DNA from: Acholeplasmataceae bacterium
GTDB taxonomy: Bacteria; Bacillota_I; Bacilli_A; Acholeplasmatales; Acholeplasmataceae
Assembly (NCBI GenBank): GCA_963667565.1
Contig: OY763415.1
Location: 1,408,001 to 1,472,000 of the forward strand
Length of the DNA stretch: 64,000 nt
Direction of reading: 5' to 3'
The first letter of the stretch is position 1. Every line of letters starts with the position of its first letter. Shown here one piece after another: positions 1 through 9,622 of this stretch. The notes under the pieces were generated by a model, which worked only from the letters and a program-made list of their open reading frames with translations, searched no databases and had not been told where the DNA came from. The position numbers and the translations under genes were made by a program.

Positions 1-1
1 T

Positions 2-1042
<1,041 letters not shown>

Positions 1043-1051
1043 TACAATAAA

Positions 1052-1075
1052 AAAAGACTTCAATTGAAGTCTTTT
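1052..1075. terminator. bidirectional intrinsic terminator between glpK and feo operon
   Basis: AAAAGACTTC-AATT-GAAGTCTTTT hairpin with A/T tracts on both sides between convergent genes. Confidence 0.8.
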
Positions 1076-1208
1076 ATTTTGTGATTTTATTTTGTGAATA
1101 TGAACACACTTTACATGCTTTCTCATCTTTATGTTTTACCATTTGATAGATAATACCAAAGATAATACCTGCAGTCACAATTAAAATAATAATATCTGCT
1201 AACGTCAT
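1074..1208 (-). CDS. FeoB-associated Cys-rich small membrane protein (44 aa, missed by ORF track)
   Basis: Read manually: MTLADIIILIVTAGIIFGIIYQMVKHKDEKACKVCSYSQNKITK; ATGA overlap with feoB stop; one TM helix plus CxxC. Confidence 0.85.
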   Translation of the reverse strand: MTLADIIILIVTAGIIFGIIYQMVKHKDEKACKVCSYSQNKITK

Positions 1209-3187
1209 AATAACACCTCAATTAAATGTCCTACTTGATATACAATGGTTGCAAGCACCCAAGCAATCCCTGTTTGTAGCCCTAAAGCTCTCCATAATGT
1301 CTTAGAATTTCCAAGTTCTCTATTCATCGCACCTACGGCACCAAAACAAGGCGCACTAAATAAATTAAAGACCATAAATGCATATGCTGAAGAAGCTGAG
1401 AAAAATCCGAATGCGGATGCATTAAAGATCAGCACTCCAGCGCTTGTATCTTCACTAAATCCTGCAATAATTGCCATAGATGATACAACTTGTTCTTTTG
1501 CAACCAATCCTTGAATCGCTGAAACTGAAGCTTCCCAACTAAATGTTCCTAAAAATGGATAGAAAAACCATGAGAATAATTTACCAATGCCAGCAAGCAT
1601 ACTTTGATCTGGTGACACACCGTATTCAAATGTAAATGAGAAACTAATGAGTAACCATATAGCAACACTTGCCATAAAAATGATTGTTCCTGCTTGCGTA
1701 ATAAATGCTTTAACTTTTAAATAAACATCTTTAAATATATAAGATGCTTGAGGCAATTTATAAGATGGTAGTTCTAAAATAAAATTAGAATTATGATCCT
1801 TATAAAATATCTTTTTAAATATAAATGCTACAACAACAATAATCGTAATTGCTAAGAAATACAATGATGCACTCACTAATCCTGAATGATCACTAAAGAA
1901 ATATCCTGCAAACAATGTAATAATAGGAAGCTTAGCACTACATGGAATAAATGGTGTAAGCATAATTGTCATTTTCTTTTCTGTCTCATCAGATATTGAT
2001 CTAGCTGACATGATGGCTGGCACACTACATCCACTACCAATAATAAATGGAATAAGTGATTTTCCTGATAATCCAACTTTTTGAAATACTCTATCTAAGA
2101 AAAAGGCAATTCTAGACATATAACCAGTTGCTTCTAATAATGAAATCATTAAAAATAGAATCATTAATTGCGGTACAAAGTTAAGCACTGCACCAACACC
2201 AGCAACAATCCCATCGATGACTAAACTTCTAGACCAATCAGATGCATGCCAAATGATGAGTCTTTGACTGAGCCATTCGGAAAAACTACCAATCGTGTGG
2301 TCGACAAAGTCTACTGTCAATCCACCAAAAGGTCCAGCAGCTAAATAATAAATAGAAAACATGATGAGTGCAAAAATAGGCAATGCTAAATACTTATTTA
2401 ATACGATACGATCAATCTTATCCGTGAGAGACATGTGTAATTTATGCCATTTGATCGATTCATCTCTTAAGTTTTCAATATATCGATATCTTTCATCAAT
2501 GATGATTTGTTCTAAATCTCTTTGATACTCTGGTTTTAGTTGATCAATCAAACGATGCGTTTCATCATTTTGATATGCATCAAACTTTTGATGTTCTTCA
2601 ATCAGTTTTAATGCAACATATCTTTTATATGGATGATTGATTTGATCTTCAATTTTTGGTAGTTGATTTTCAATGATGTGATCAAAAATACGTGCATACT
2701 CATTTTTTCTATAAACACCACCTTTGATTAATTTAATTAAATCAAAGATACCTGTCTTTTTTAATGCTGAAATTTGAATGGTGGTTGTATCTAATTTGTT
2801 TTCTAAAAAATCATAATCGATTTTTATACCATGTCGATCGATTAAATCTGTCATATTAATCGCCAATATCATTGGTTTGCCTAACTCTAGAAGTTGAGTC
2901 GTTAAATACAAACTTCTTTCCATAGCTGTAGCATCCACAATATTAACAATTAAATCAACTTGCTCATTTAATAAATAATCTACTGTGATTTGTTCATCTT
3001 GGCTATAAGCACTCAGTGAATAAACCCCAGGTAAATCGATAATCTCAAAATCTGTACTTCTAATTAATCCTTCTTTTTTTTCGATGGTTACCCCTGGCCA
3101 ATTACCTGTTCTTTGATGAGAACCAGTGAGTAAATTAAAGAGCGTTGTTTTCCCTGAGTTTTGATTACCAACTAAAGCAACTCTCAT
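1205..3187 (-). CDS. feoB: ferrous iron transporter FeoB
   Basis: GNQNSGKT, GNWPGVT, DLPGVYSL GTPase motifs; membrane domain with GCSVPAIM, PFIPCSAKLP, APCFGA. Confidence 0.97.
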   Translation of the reverse strand: MRVALVGNQNSGKTTLFNLLTGSHQRTGNWPGVTIEKKEGLIRSTDFEIIDLPGVYSLSAYSQDEQITVDYLLNEQVDLIVNIVDATAMERSLYLTTQLLELGKPMILAINMTDLIDRHGIKIDYDFLENKLDTTTIQISALKKTGIFDLIKLIKGGVYRKNEYARIFDHIIENQLPKIEDQINHPYKRYVALKLIEEHQKFDAYQNDETHRLIDQLKPEYQRDLEQIIIDERYRYIENLRDESIKWHKLHMSLTDKIDRIVLNKYLALPIFALIMFSIYYLAAGPFGGLTVDFVDHTIGSFSEWLSQRLIIWHASDWSRSLVIDGIVAGVGAVLNFVPQLMILFLMISLLEATGYMSRIAFFLDRVFQKVGLSGKSLIPFIIGSGCSVPAIMSARSISDETEKKMTIMLTPFIPCSAKLPIITLFAGYFFSDHSGLVSASLYFLAITIIVVVAFIFKKIFYKDHNSNFILELPSYKLPQASYIFKDVYLKVKAFITQAGTIIFMASVAIWLLISFSFTFEYGVSPDQSMLAGIGKLFSWFFYPFLGTFSWEASVSAIQGLVAKEQVVSSMAIIAGFSEDTSAGVLIFNASAFGFFSASSAYAFMVFNLFSAPCFGAVGAMNRELGNSKTLWRALGLQTGIAWVLATIVYQVGHLIEVLL

Positions 3188-3450
3188 TTGATAACCTCCA
3201 CTTCAATTAAAGATAAATCCTTTTTTCTTAAACAAAGTTCATATCCCCTAAGTTCAATATCAACAGGATCTCCCAGAGGTGCTACCTTTTTAACTTTGAT
3301 TTGCACACCTTCTGTGATACCCATATCCATTAATCTTCTTTTAAAAATATGGTCTGTTGTATGTATATGACTCACTCTAATCTTCATACCTTTAGGTATG
3401 AGATCAAGTGTCGTTTTATCGCCTATATTTAAATGCTCGTTTTTCTTCAT
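3184..3450 (-). CDS. feoA: ferrous iron transport protein A
   Basis: RRLMDMGITEG, APLGDP, LRGYELCLRK; start moved to ATG 3450 downstream of GGAG. Confidence 0.93.
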   Translation of the reverse strand: MKKNEHLNIGDKTTLDLIPKGMKIRVSHIHTTDHIFKRRLMDMGITEGVQIKVKKVAPLGDPVDIELRGYELCLRKKDLSLIEVEVIK

Positions 3451-3552
3451 GAACTCGCAACTCCATTTCATTAAGTACTTCTATATTATATTGATTAAGA
3501 AATACAAAATCAAATGATATCATAAAGATTCTAATTAAGACTATAAATAAAA

Positions 3553-3574
3553 AAAGGCTTAAATTTAAGCCTTT
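3553..3574 (-). terminator. intrinsic terminator after GGDEF gene
   Basis: AAAGGCTTAA/TTAAGCCTTT inverted repeat followed by a T-run on the minus strand. Confidence 0.75.
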
Positions 3575-4703
3575 ATTTTTTATCTGCGATTTGATGTTTT
3601 TGACGATACATTTTTAAGTCAACATGGTTGAAGAAATCAATCACGGTTTCAAATTTATCTTCATCATAAAAATCATATCCATAGCTAATTTTTAATACAT
3701 AACTCTCTCTACTTTGCTTGTTGAGGTCATTAATGTTTTCAATAATTCGTTTAATCACATTTTCAACAACTGCTTCATCTTGTGCTGATAAGATGATTGC
3801 AAATTCGTCACCACCAATGCGGCTAACAAAATCTTTCGTTCGTACTGAACTTTGTAATATATCGCTAATTCTAATGAGCGCTTTATCGCCTTCATTATGC
3901 CCATAAATATCATTGATTTGTTTAAAGTCATCTAAGTCAATAATAATACCATAGATTTTTTCTGACTTGTTTGAATTGTTTTTAACTCTAGCGAGTTGTG
4001 TTTCAAACTCTCTACGATTGAATAGTCCAGTTAAATAGTCTGTCTTTGTTAATTTTAGTTGCATATAAATATAACTAATCAGCAATGAAATGATTAATGC
4101 ATTCCAAATCAAATTTGTTTCTTTATAAACAATTAAAAATGCCATCGCAATTGAGGGTGTAGATATAAATAACACTAAAGGTGTTATATCTGCTTTTGTT
4201 AAATGTCTAGCATCCATCGCTGTGACAATAAAACTAATAAATGCAACAACATAAATCGACCCTGCATACCATAATCTTAATGGACCTGGTGAATAAATAT
4301 TGGTATAGGTTTCTATGTCAAATAGATACTGCCCTTTTAAACTTAAGATTGATAAAATCACACTGCTTACAACAACAAAAATATAGATGACGTGTCTCTT
4401 CTTAAATTGATATTGATTTTTATAAATCTCAAAATCTAAAAAGACTGCACTTAAAAATACAACTGCTGGTGAGATGGCATGATATAAAATTAAAGCAATT
4501 ACCAATATAATTCTTGCTAAATTTCCAGGTACTCCACTCATACCCAAATAGATTGATTCTAAGATGAGAACAACGATTGTTGACCATAAGATGATAAAAA
4601 ATAATCTATTTAATTTTACAGATCTATAAATTTGACTTTTTAGACTGAAATATAAAATTAAAGCAATAATGATTGATAAAATATTATTTTGAATCTCGTA
4701 CAT
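3573..4703 (-). CDS. membrane-bound diguanylate cyclase (multi-TM sensor + GGDEF)
   Basis: About 7 hydrophobic segments, then DYLTGLFNRR, DLDDFKQINDIYGH, RIGGDEF; RxxD I-site (RTKD) at canonical spacing. Confidence 0.93.
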   Translation of the reverse strand: MYEIQNNILSIIIALILYFSLKSQIYRSVKLNRLFFIILWSTIVVLILESIYLGMSGVPGNLARIILVIALILYHAISPAVVFLSAVFLDFEIYKNQYQFKKRHVIYIFVVVSSVILSILSLKGQYLFDIETYTNIYSPGPLRLWYAGSIYVVAFISFIVTAMDARHLTKADITPLVLFISTPSIAMAFLIVYKETNLIWNALIISLLISYIYMQLKLTKTDYLTGLFNRREFETQLARVKNNSNKSEKIYGIIIDLDDFKQINDIYGHNEGDKALIRISDILQSSVRTKDFVSRIGGDEFAIILSAQDEAVVENVIKRIIENINDLNKQSRESYVLKISYGYDFYDEDKFETVIDFFNHVDLKMYRQKHQIADKK

Positions 4704-4827
4704 ATTTTAACGCATCCTTATATACAACTTTTTTACCATTTACATTATAACACAAACGATATAAAAATTATATATTCTATAATTTAATATGATATACTAA
4801 AACCATAAATATAGAGGAGGTAATTTT

Positions 4828-5058
4828 GTGGGATTCATTAAAGCAATAGATGGTCTACCTTGGATTATTAAGTTAATACTTGCGTTACCAGGATTTGATG
4901 TTGTATATGGTATCTATCGTTTAGTTAAAGGCTTTAACAAAAATGATAATGTACTCATCGTCGCTGGAATTATTTGGATTTTTGCTGGTTGGGCAATACT
5001 TTGGATCATAGATGTAATTACCGTTGTATTTAACGAAAAAATTACAGTACTTGCATAA
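4828..5058 (+). CDS. small hypothetical membrane protein
   Basis: GTG start after AGAGGAGG; hydrophobic 76 aa; followed by a terminator. Confidence 0.8.
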   Translation: MGFIKAIDGLPWIIKLILALPGFDVVYGIYRLVKGFNKNDNVLIVAGIIWIFAGWAILWIIDVITVVFNEKITVLA

Positions 5059-5060
5059 TA

Positions 5061-5092
5061 AAAAGGACGAACCTTATGAGGTTTGTCCTTTT
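5061..5092. terminator. bidirectional terminator
   Basis: AAAAGGACGAACCT/AGGTTTGTCCTTTT hairpin between convergent genes. Confidence 0.75.
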
Positions 5093-5113
5093 ATTTAATG
5101 ATTTAAAATTAGA

Positions 5114-6487
5114 TTATACGAGTGCGCCTACAGTAAAATACACAATAAATGCTAATGCTAACACATATAAAACAGGACTTACTTCTTTTCCACGCTTTTG
5201 AATAAGCATCATAAGAACAAATGCAGTAAATCCAAATGCAATACCATTACCAATTGAATATGTTAACATCATCATGATGATTGTGATAAATGCTGCTGCT
5301 AAAGTTGGCGCATCATCCCAATTGATATTTCTAACTTGTGAAAACATTAAAATACCAACAAGTACTAATGCCATTGAAGTTAATGCTGAACTTGTAATAA
5401 AGATACTAAATACAGGATATGCAACAATTGAGATTAAGAATAATAATCCAACAACAACTGATGATAAACCAGTTTTTGCCCCTGATTCAATACCAGCACT
5501 TGACTCAATAAATGAAGTGACAGTTGAAGTACCCAACATCGCACCGACTGTTGTACCAATAGCATCAGTTAACATTGCTTTGTTAACATTTTCTAGTTCA
5601 CCTTTTTCATTTAATAACCCCGCAGGTTCAGAAACTGCAATCAACGTACCCGCTGTATCAAAGATATCAAGATAAATAAGTGAGAATAAAACAAACCATA
5701 AGTCAGCTTTTCCAAATACTGTTGATAAACCATCAGCAAAACCTAAGAATGTATCACCAAATGAACTTAAATTTGAATAACCAGTTGAAAAAGCTGGCAT
5801 ACCATTTACCCCAAGTAAACCTAAGACAAATCCAACAATAGCTGTAATGACCATTGAAAGGATTAATGCAAATTTAGATACTTTACCTTTATATACAAAT
5901 AAACCTAAAGCTAAGAAGATTCCAAATAATGCAAGTAAAACAGATGGGTTAGAAAAGTCACCTAAACTCACTGCAGTTGCAGAATTTGCAACAACAATAC
6001 CGGCATTCTTTAAACCAATGAATGCAATGAAGAAACCAATACCAGCACCAATTGCTTTTTTAAGACTTGCTGGTACTGCATTGATAATCCATGTTCTAAT
6101 TGGTGTTAATGAGATCACTAAGAAAATAATCCCTGATAAAAAGACTGCTGCTAATGCTTCTTGCCAGCTATAACCATTGCTTAATACTAATGTGTATGCT
6201 ACTAAAGCGTTAATCCCCATACCTGGTGCTAAAGCGATAGGATAGTTTGCATAAACACCCATTAAAATTGTTGCTAACCCTGCAGCAAGTGCAGTTGCCA
6301 CAAAGACACCACCTGTAGGAAACGCAAATCCATCAGGTAACCCTTCGATATCTAGCAAACCTAAAACTGCTGGATTTACTGCAAGAATATAAGCCATGGC
6401 TAAGAATGTAACTAATCCCCCGATAAGTTCAGCTCTTACAGATGATCCTCTTTCTTCAATCTTGAAGAATTTTTTTACTTTTTCCAC
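5114..6487 (-). CDS. NCS2/AzgA-family guanine/hypoxanthine permease (PbuG-like)
   Basis: TFLAMAYILAVNP, ALAPGMGINA, FDTAGTL, FIESSAGIESGAKTGL; GTG start at 6487 after AAAGGAG; purine riboswitch upstream. Confidence 0.92.
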   Translation of the reverse strand: MEKVKKFFKIEERGSSVRAELIGGLVTFLAMAYILAVNPAVLGLLDIEGLPDGFAFPTGGVFVATALAAGLATILMGVYANYPIALAPGMGINALVAYTLVLSNGYSWQEALAAVFLSGIIFLVISLTPIRTWIINAVPASLKKAIGAGIGFFIAFIGLKNAGIVVANSATAVSLGDFSNPSVLLALFGIFLALGLFVYKGKVSKFALILSMVITAIVGFVLGLLGVNGMPAFSTGYSNLSSFGDTFLGFADGLSTVFGKADLWFVLFSLIYLDIFDTAGTLIAVSEPAGLLNEKGELENVNKAMLTDAIGTTVGAMLGTSTVTSFIESSAGIESGAKTGLSSVVVGLLFLISIVAYPVFSIFITSSALTSMALVLVGILMFSQVRNINWDDAPTLAAAFITIIMMMLTYSIGNGIAFGFTAFVLMMLIQKRGKEVSPVLYVLALAFIVYFTVGALV

Positions 6488-6530
6488 TATTTTTTCTCCT
6501 TTTGTTTTTTTTGTATTCAACATATGTATC

Positions 6531-6562
6531 AAAAAAACAAAAAAACCACAAATATGTGGTTT
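6531..6562 (-). terminator. riboswitch expression-platform terminator
   Basis: Minus strand AAACCACA-TATT-TGTGGTTT followed by TTTTGTTTTTTT. Confidence 0.8.
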
Positions 6563-6595
6563 CTACATTATGAAAACAGCAAAAAAATGTTTCCA

Positions 6596-6664
6596 TATCG
6601 TAGTCGCGCGATTTACGGTTGCACGGTAGAAACTTGACCACCACATTAGGTCGATTATACGATA
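6596..6664 (-). ncRNA. purine riboswitch, guanine-sensing type
   Basis: UAUCGUAUAAUCGACCUAAUGUGGUGGUCAAGUUUCUACCGUGCAACCGUAAAUCGCGCGACUACGAUA: P1, J1/2 UAA, J2/3 AGUUUCUAC, L3 CCGUAAA; discriminator is C. Confidence 0.93.
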
Positions 6665-6680
6665 GATTGAATACTCTACA

Positions 6681-6709
6681 ATTATAACAAAGCACCTATA
6701 TCTTGTAAA
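6681..6709 (-). promoter_or_regulatory. sigma70-type promoter for riboswitch/permease
   Basis: TTTACA-17 nt-TATAAT with TG extension, just upstream of the aptamer. Confidence 0.75.
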
Positions 6710-6760
6710 GGTGCCTTTTATCTTTTTTTAATTTTCAAACCCGCTTTTAAAACCTATACT

Positions 6761-7213
6761 CTATTCGACTCGAGTAAGGATCTCAAATGCTTCATCAACA
6801 GTAGTCGCATTTAACAATTCATTTCTAAAACTCTCGTGTATCAGACTTCTAGATAACATCGCTAATACTTTCAAGTGTAAATTGACACCGTCTTCAGGAA
6901 TACAGATTAAGAAGAAAAGTTGTGCCTTTTGTCCATCTAAACTTTTAAACTCGATGCCTTCAGTAGATCTGCCAAACACAACAGATGGTTTATTGATATG
7001 TGATGTCTTAGCGTGTGGAAGAGCAATCTTTAATCCAATCCCTGTTGTATCTAATGATTCTCTTACTAAAACATCATCAATAAGTCCATTTAAATCATCA
7101 ATATGCCCTTTTTGGTTCATCAATGTCGCAAGTTCATTAATCACATCTTCTTTATTGATAGATTCTAAATTCAATTTAATATCTTCTTTATCCATAAAAT
7201 CTAATAGTCTCAT
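6761..7213 (-). CDS. stand-alone PTS EIIA (fructose/mannitol/Ntr family)
   Basis: RESLDTTGIGLKIALPHAK with phospho-His; LFFLI, HLKVLAMLSR. Confidence 0.9.
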   Translation of the reverse strand: MRLLDFMDKEDIKLNLESINKEDVINELATLMNQKGHIDDLNGLIDDVLVRESLDTTGIGLKIALPHAKTSHINKPSVVFGRSTEGIEFKSLDGQKAQLFFLICIPEDGVNLHLKVLAMLSRSLIHESFRNELLNATTVDEAFEILTRVE

Positions 7214-7371
7214 GGTTTTCTCCTAGGTTTAATCGTTATTGTTCATATTCACTTATATTATACCAAAACTGGTGTTATTGTGATATATATTAGAGCATAT
7301 CACCATACTTTGAGGTTCGTATGATTTATAATATTAATAGATATTTATATCAAAGGAGAATGAAAAATAAA

Positions 7372-8013
7372 ATGAATTTAAAAAAATATTTTGCTGAATT
7401 ATTCGGTACATTTGTCTTAGTGTTTGTGGGTACTGCTACTGCTATCGAAACTGGTGATCCATTATTTACTGCATTAGCATTCGGTTTAGTTGTTGTAGCA
7501 ATGGCTTATAGTATTGGCTCAATTTCAGGTGCACACTTAAATCCTGCTGTATCATTTGGATTAGCTTTAGGTAAAAGAATTACATGGAAAGACTTTGCAT
7601 TCTATGCATTATTCCAAGTCATTGGTGCTTTCTTAGCAAGTTTAGTTGTTGCATTAGTATTAGGTACAACTCAAACTTTAGGTGGTAATGAAGTCCAAGC
7701 TGCTTTAAATGGTAACTTATGGTTAGCATTACTTGTTGAAGTTATTGTTGCTACAGTATTTATCTTTGTGATTTTAAGTGTGACTTCAAAAGAAGAAAAT
7801 GCACGTGTTGCTGGATTTGTTATCGCTTTAACATTAGCTGTTTTAATCTTAGCGTCATTTAATTTATCAAATGCTGGTTTAAATCCTGCTAGATCACTTG
7901 CACCTGCTTTATTACAAGGTGGAACTGCATTAACTCAAGTATGGGTATTCATTTTAGGACCACTTGTTGGTGCTTTCTTAGGAAGTACATTATTTAAAGC
8001 ATTAAATAAATAA
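7372..8013 (+). CDS. MIP family channel (aquaporin Z-like)
   Basis: AELFGTF, SGAHLNPAVS and GLNPARS (two NPA boxes); start uncertain (7360 or 7372). Confidence 0.92.
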   Translation: MNLKKYFAELFGTFVLVFVGTATAIETGDPLFTALAFGLVVVAMAYSIGSISGAHLNPAVSFGLALGKRITWKDFAFYALFQVIGAFLASLVVALVLGTTQTLGGNEVQAALNGNLWLALLVEVIVATVFIFVILSVTSKEENARVAGFVIALTLAVLILASFNLSNAGLNPARSLAPALLQGGTALTQVWVFILGPLVGAFLGSTLFKALNK

Positions 8014-8033
8014 TAGATACGCTTATCATAAAT

Positions 8034-8065
8034 AAAAGGTTCTCGTGATGACGAGAACCTTTTTT
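8034..8065. terminator. bidirectional terminator
   Basis: AAAAGGTTCTCGT-GATG-ACGAGAACCTTTT. Confidence 0.8.
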
Positions 8066-8661
8066 TATAGTTTTTTTAATACTTCTAATAGATGATCTGC
8101 AATGATACTAAATCCAAATTGTGTTGGATGTACACCATCACTTAAGATATCTAATTTTTGATATTGCGATAAATAACGATCAAGTATGGCTTGCATATCC
8201 AAACATTTTAAATCAAAGTGTTTTGCAATTTCTTTGACCATGTCTTGCTCAATTTCTAAATCTTTTTGCCAAATAGGTTCATAGACACCAACATCAAAGA
8301 CAAATGGTGTCATCAATATGATTTCTGTATGTGGACATTCTTTTTTTGTCCATTCAATGAGTTTTATATAGTTTTCCTTAAATGCTTCTGGTAATACGAT
8401 ATCATTAAATGCATAGTGGTGCCATATTTCATTAATACCAATCAAGATGGTAACAACATCGGGTTTTAAATCAATTAAGTCTTCTTGCCAACGACGTAAT
8501 AAATCTGTTGTCTTATTTCCAGAAATACCTCTGTTAAATACTTTAACATCTTTTAATGCTTTTGAAATGATAGGTACATACCCATTTCCTAAATCATCAA
8601 AACTTGATTTATCTCTATTCCAATCAGTAATGGAATCACCTATACATACGAGTCTTTTCAT
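8065..8661 (-). CDS. SGNH/GDSL family hydrolase
   Basis: GDSITD block I, NRGISG, LIGINE, DGVHP. Confidence 0.9.
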   Translation of the reverse strand: MKRLVCIGDSITDWNRDKSSFDDLGNGYVPIISKALKDVKVFNRGISGNKTTDLLRRWQEDLIDLKPDVVTILIGINEIWHHYAFNDIVLPEAFKENYIKLIEWTKKECPHTEIILMTPFVFDVGVYEPIWQKDLEIEQDMVKEIAKHFDLKCLDMQAILDRYLSQYQKLDILSDGVHPTQFGFSIIADHLLEVLKKL

Positions 8662-8662
8662 C

Positions 8663-9622
8663 TTATGCAATCGTCTTTCTCTTAAAATTACCTATAACGT
8701 TTCTCACAGGACTGGCGACTACAAATGCGTTAGGATCTAGTTTTTTAATAATTTCTGTGAGTGGGTGAAACTCATATGATGAAATAATGACATACACCAT
8801 TGTTTTTTCATGATGAGAATATGCGCCTTCCACTTTTAATAATGTAACACCTCGATAAAGATTGGTTAAAATCTCATCTACGAGCGCTTTAGGTTCTACT
8901 GTAATAATATTAACAGATAAGAAATGATAAGCCGTATGCATTCTATCCGTAATGACTGTTGATACAATAATTCTAATCACTGTATATGATGTAATGACAC
9001 CACCAGAGACGATGATGCCTGTTGTTGTCGCTCTACCACCGATGATTAATCCACCAAGTACAGCAATTGCAACATTCATTGCCATTGAGAAAAATCCGAC
9101 ACTTTTACCTTTTTTAAATGCTAAAAACTGTGCAATAATATCAAGTCCGCCAGTTGATGTTCCAAAGCGTAGAGCTCCACCGGTACCAACACCAATAAGT
9201 AAGCCCCCTAAAATAGCTGCAGTCAACGCATGTTCAACACTTGCTAAACCCATATCAACATTTGGAATCCAACTTAACATAAAGGACTGGATAAGTACGG
9301 ATATAATACTATAAATCGTAAAACGATGAGACACACCAAACCAACCTAAAATCAGAATAGGTATGTTAAATACGATAATGAATAACCCAAGAAAATGTTC
9401 AGACAATCCATAACCAAATACCTTGGTTAAAATATCTCTGATTAACTGACCAATTCCAGGAATTCCCCCTGCATAAAGTGGTACCACTGAAGCTTCAAGA
9501 AACCATGCAACACCAACACCATAAACAACTGTGAAGACAATGACTGCCACGACTCTTTCAATTTCAGGTACGACTTTTGATCTAAATTTATCGGAACGAA
9601 TCCAATCAAATAGTTTATTCAT
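8663..9622 (-). CDS. YitT family membrane protein with C-terminal DUF2179
   Basis: GGIPGIG, STGGLDII, RGVT..EGAYS, DPNAFV. Confidence 0.88.
   Translation of the reverse strand: MNKLFDWIRSDKFRSKVVPEIERVVAVIVFTVVYGVGVAWFLEASVVPLYAGGIPGIGQLIRDILTKVFGYGLSEHFLGLFIIVFNIPILILGWFGVSHRFTIYSIISVLIQSFMLSWIPNVDMGLASVEHALTAAILGGLLIGVGTGGALRFGTSTGGLDIIAQFLAFKKGKSVGFFSMAMNVAIAVLGGLIIGGRATTTGIIVSGGVITSYTVIRIIVSTVITDRMHTAYHFLSVNIITVEPKALVDEILTNLYRGVTLLKVEGAYSHHEKTMVYVIISSYEFHPLTEIIKKLDPNAFVVASPVRNVIGNFKRKTIA

Noticed and set aside
3510..3526. ATGATATCAT palindrome upstream of feoA as a Fur box
   Set aside because: Only a partial match to GATAATGATAATCATTATC in very AT-rich DNA
6456..6695. 79-aa ORF upstream of the permease and 70-aa ORF at 11268-11480
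   Set aside because: They overlap the purine riboswitch and the T-box leader respectively
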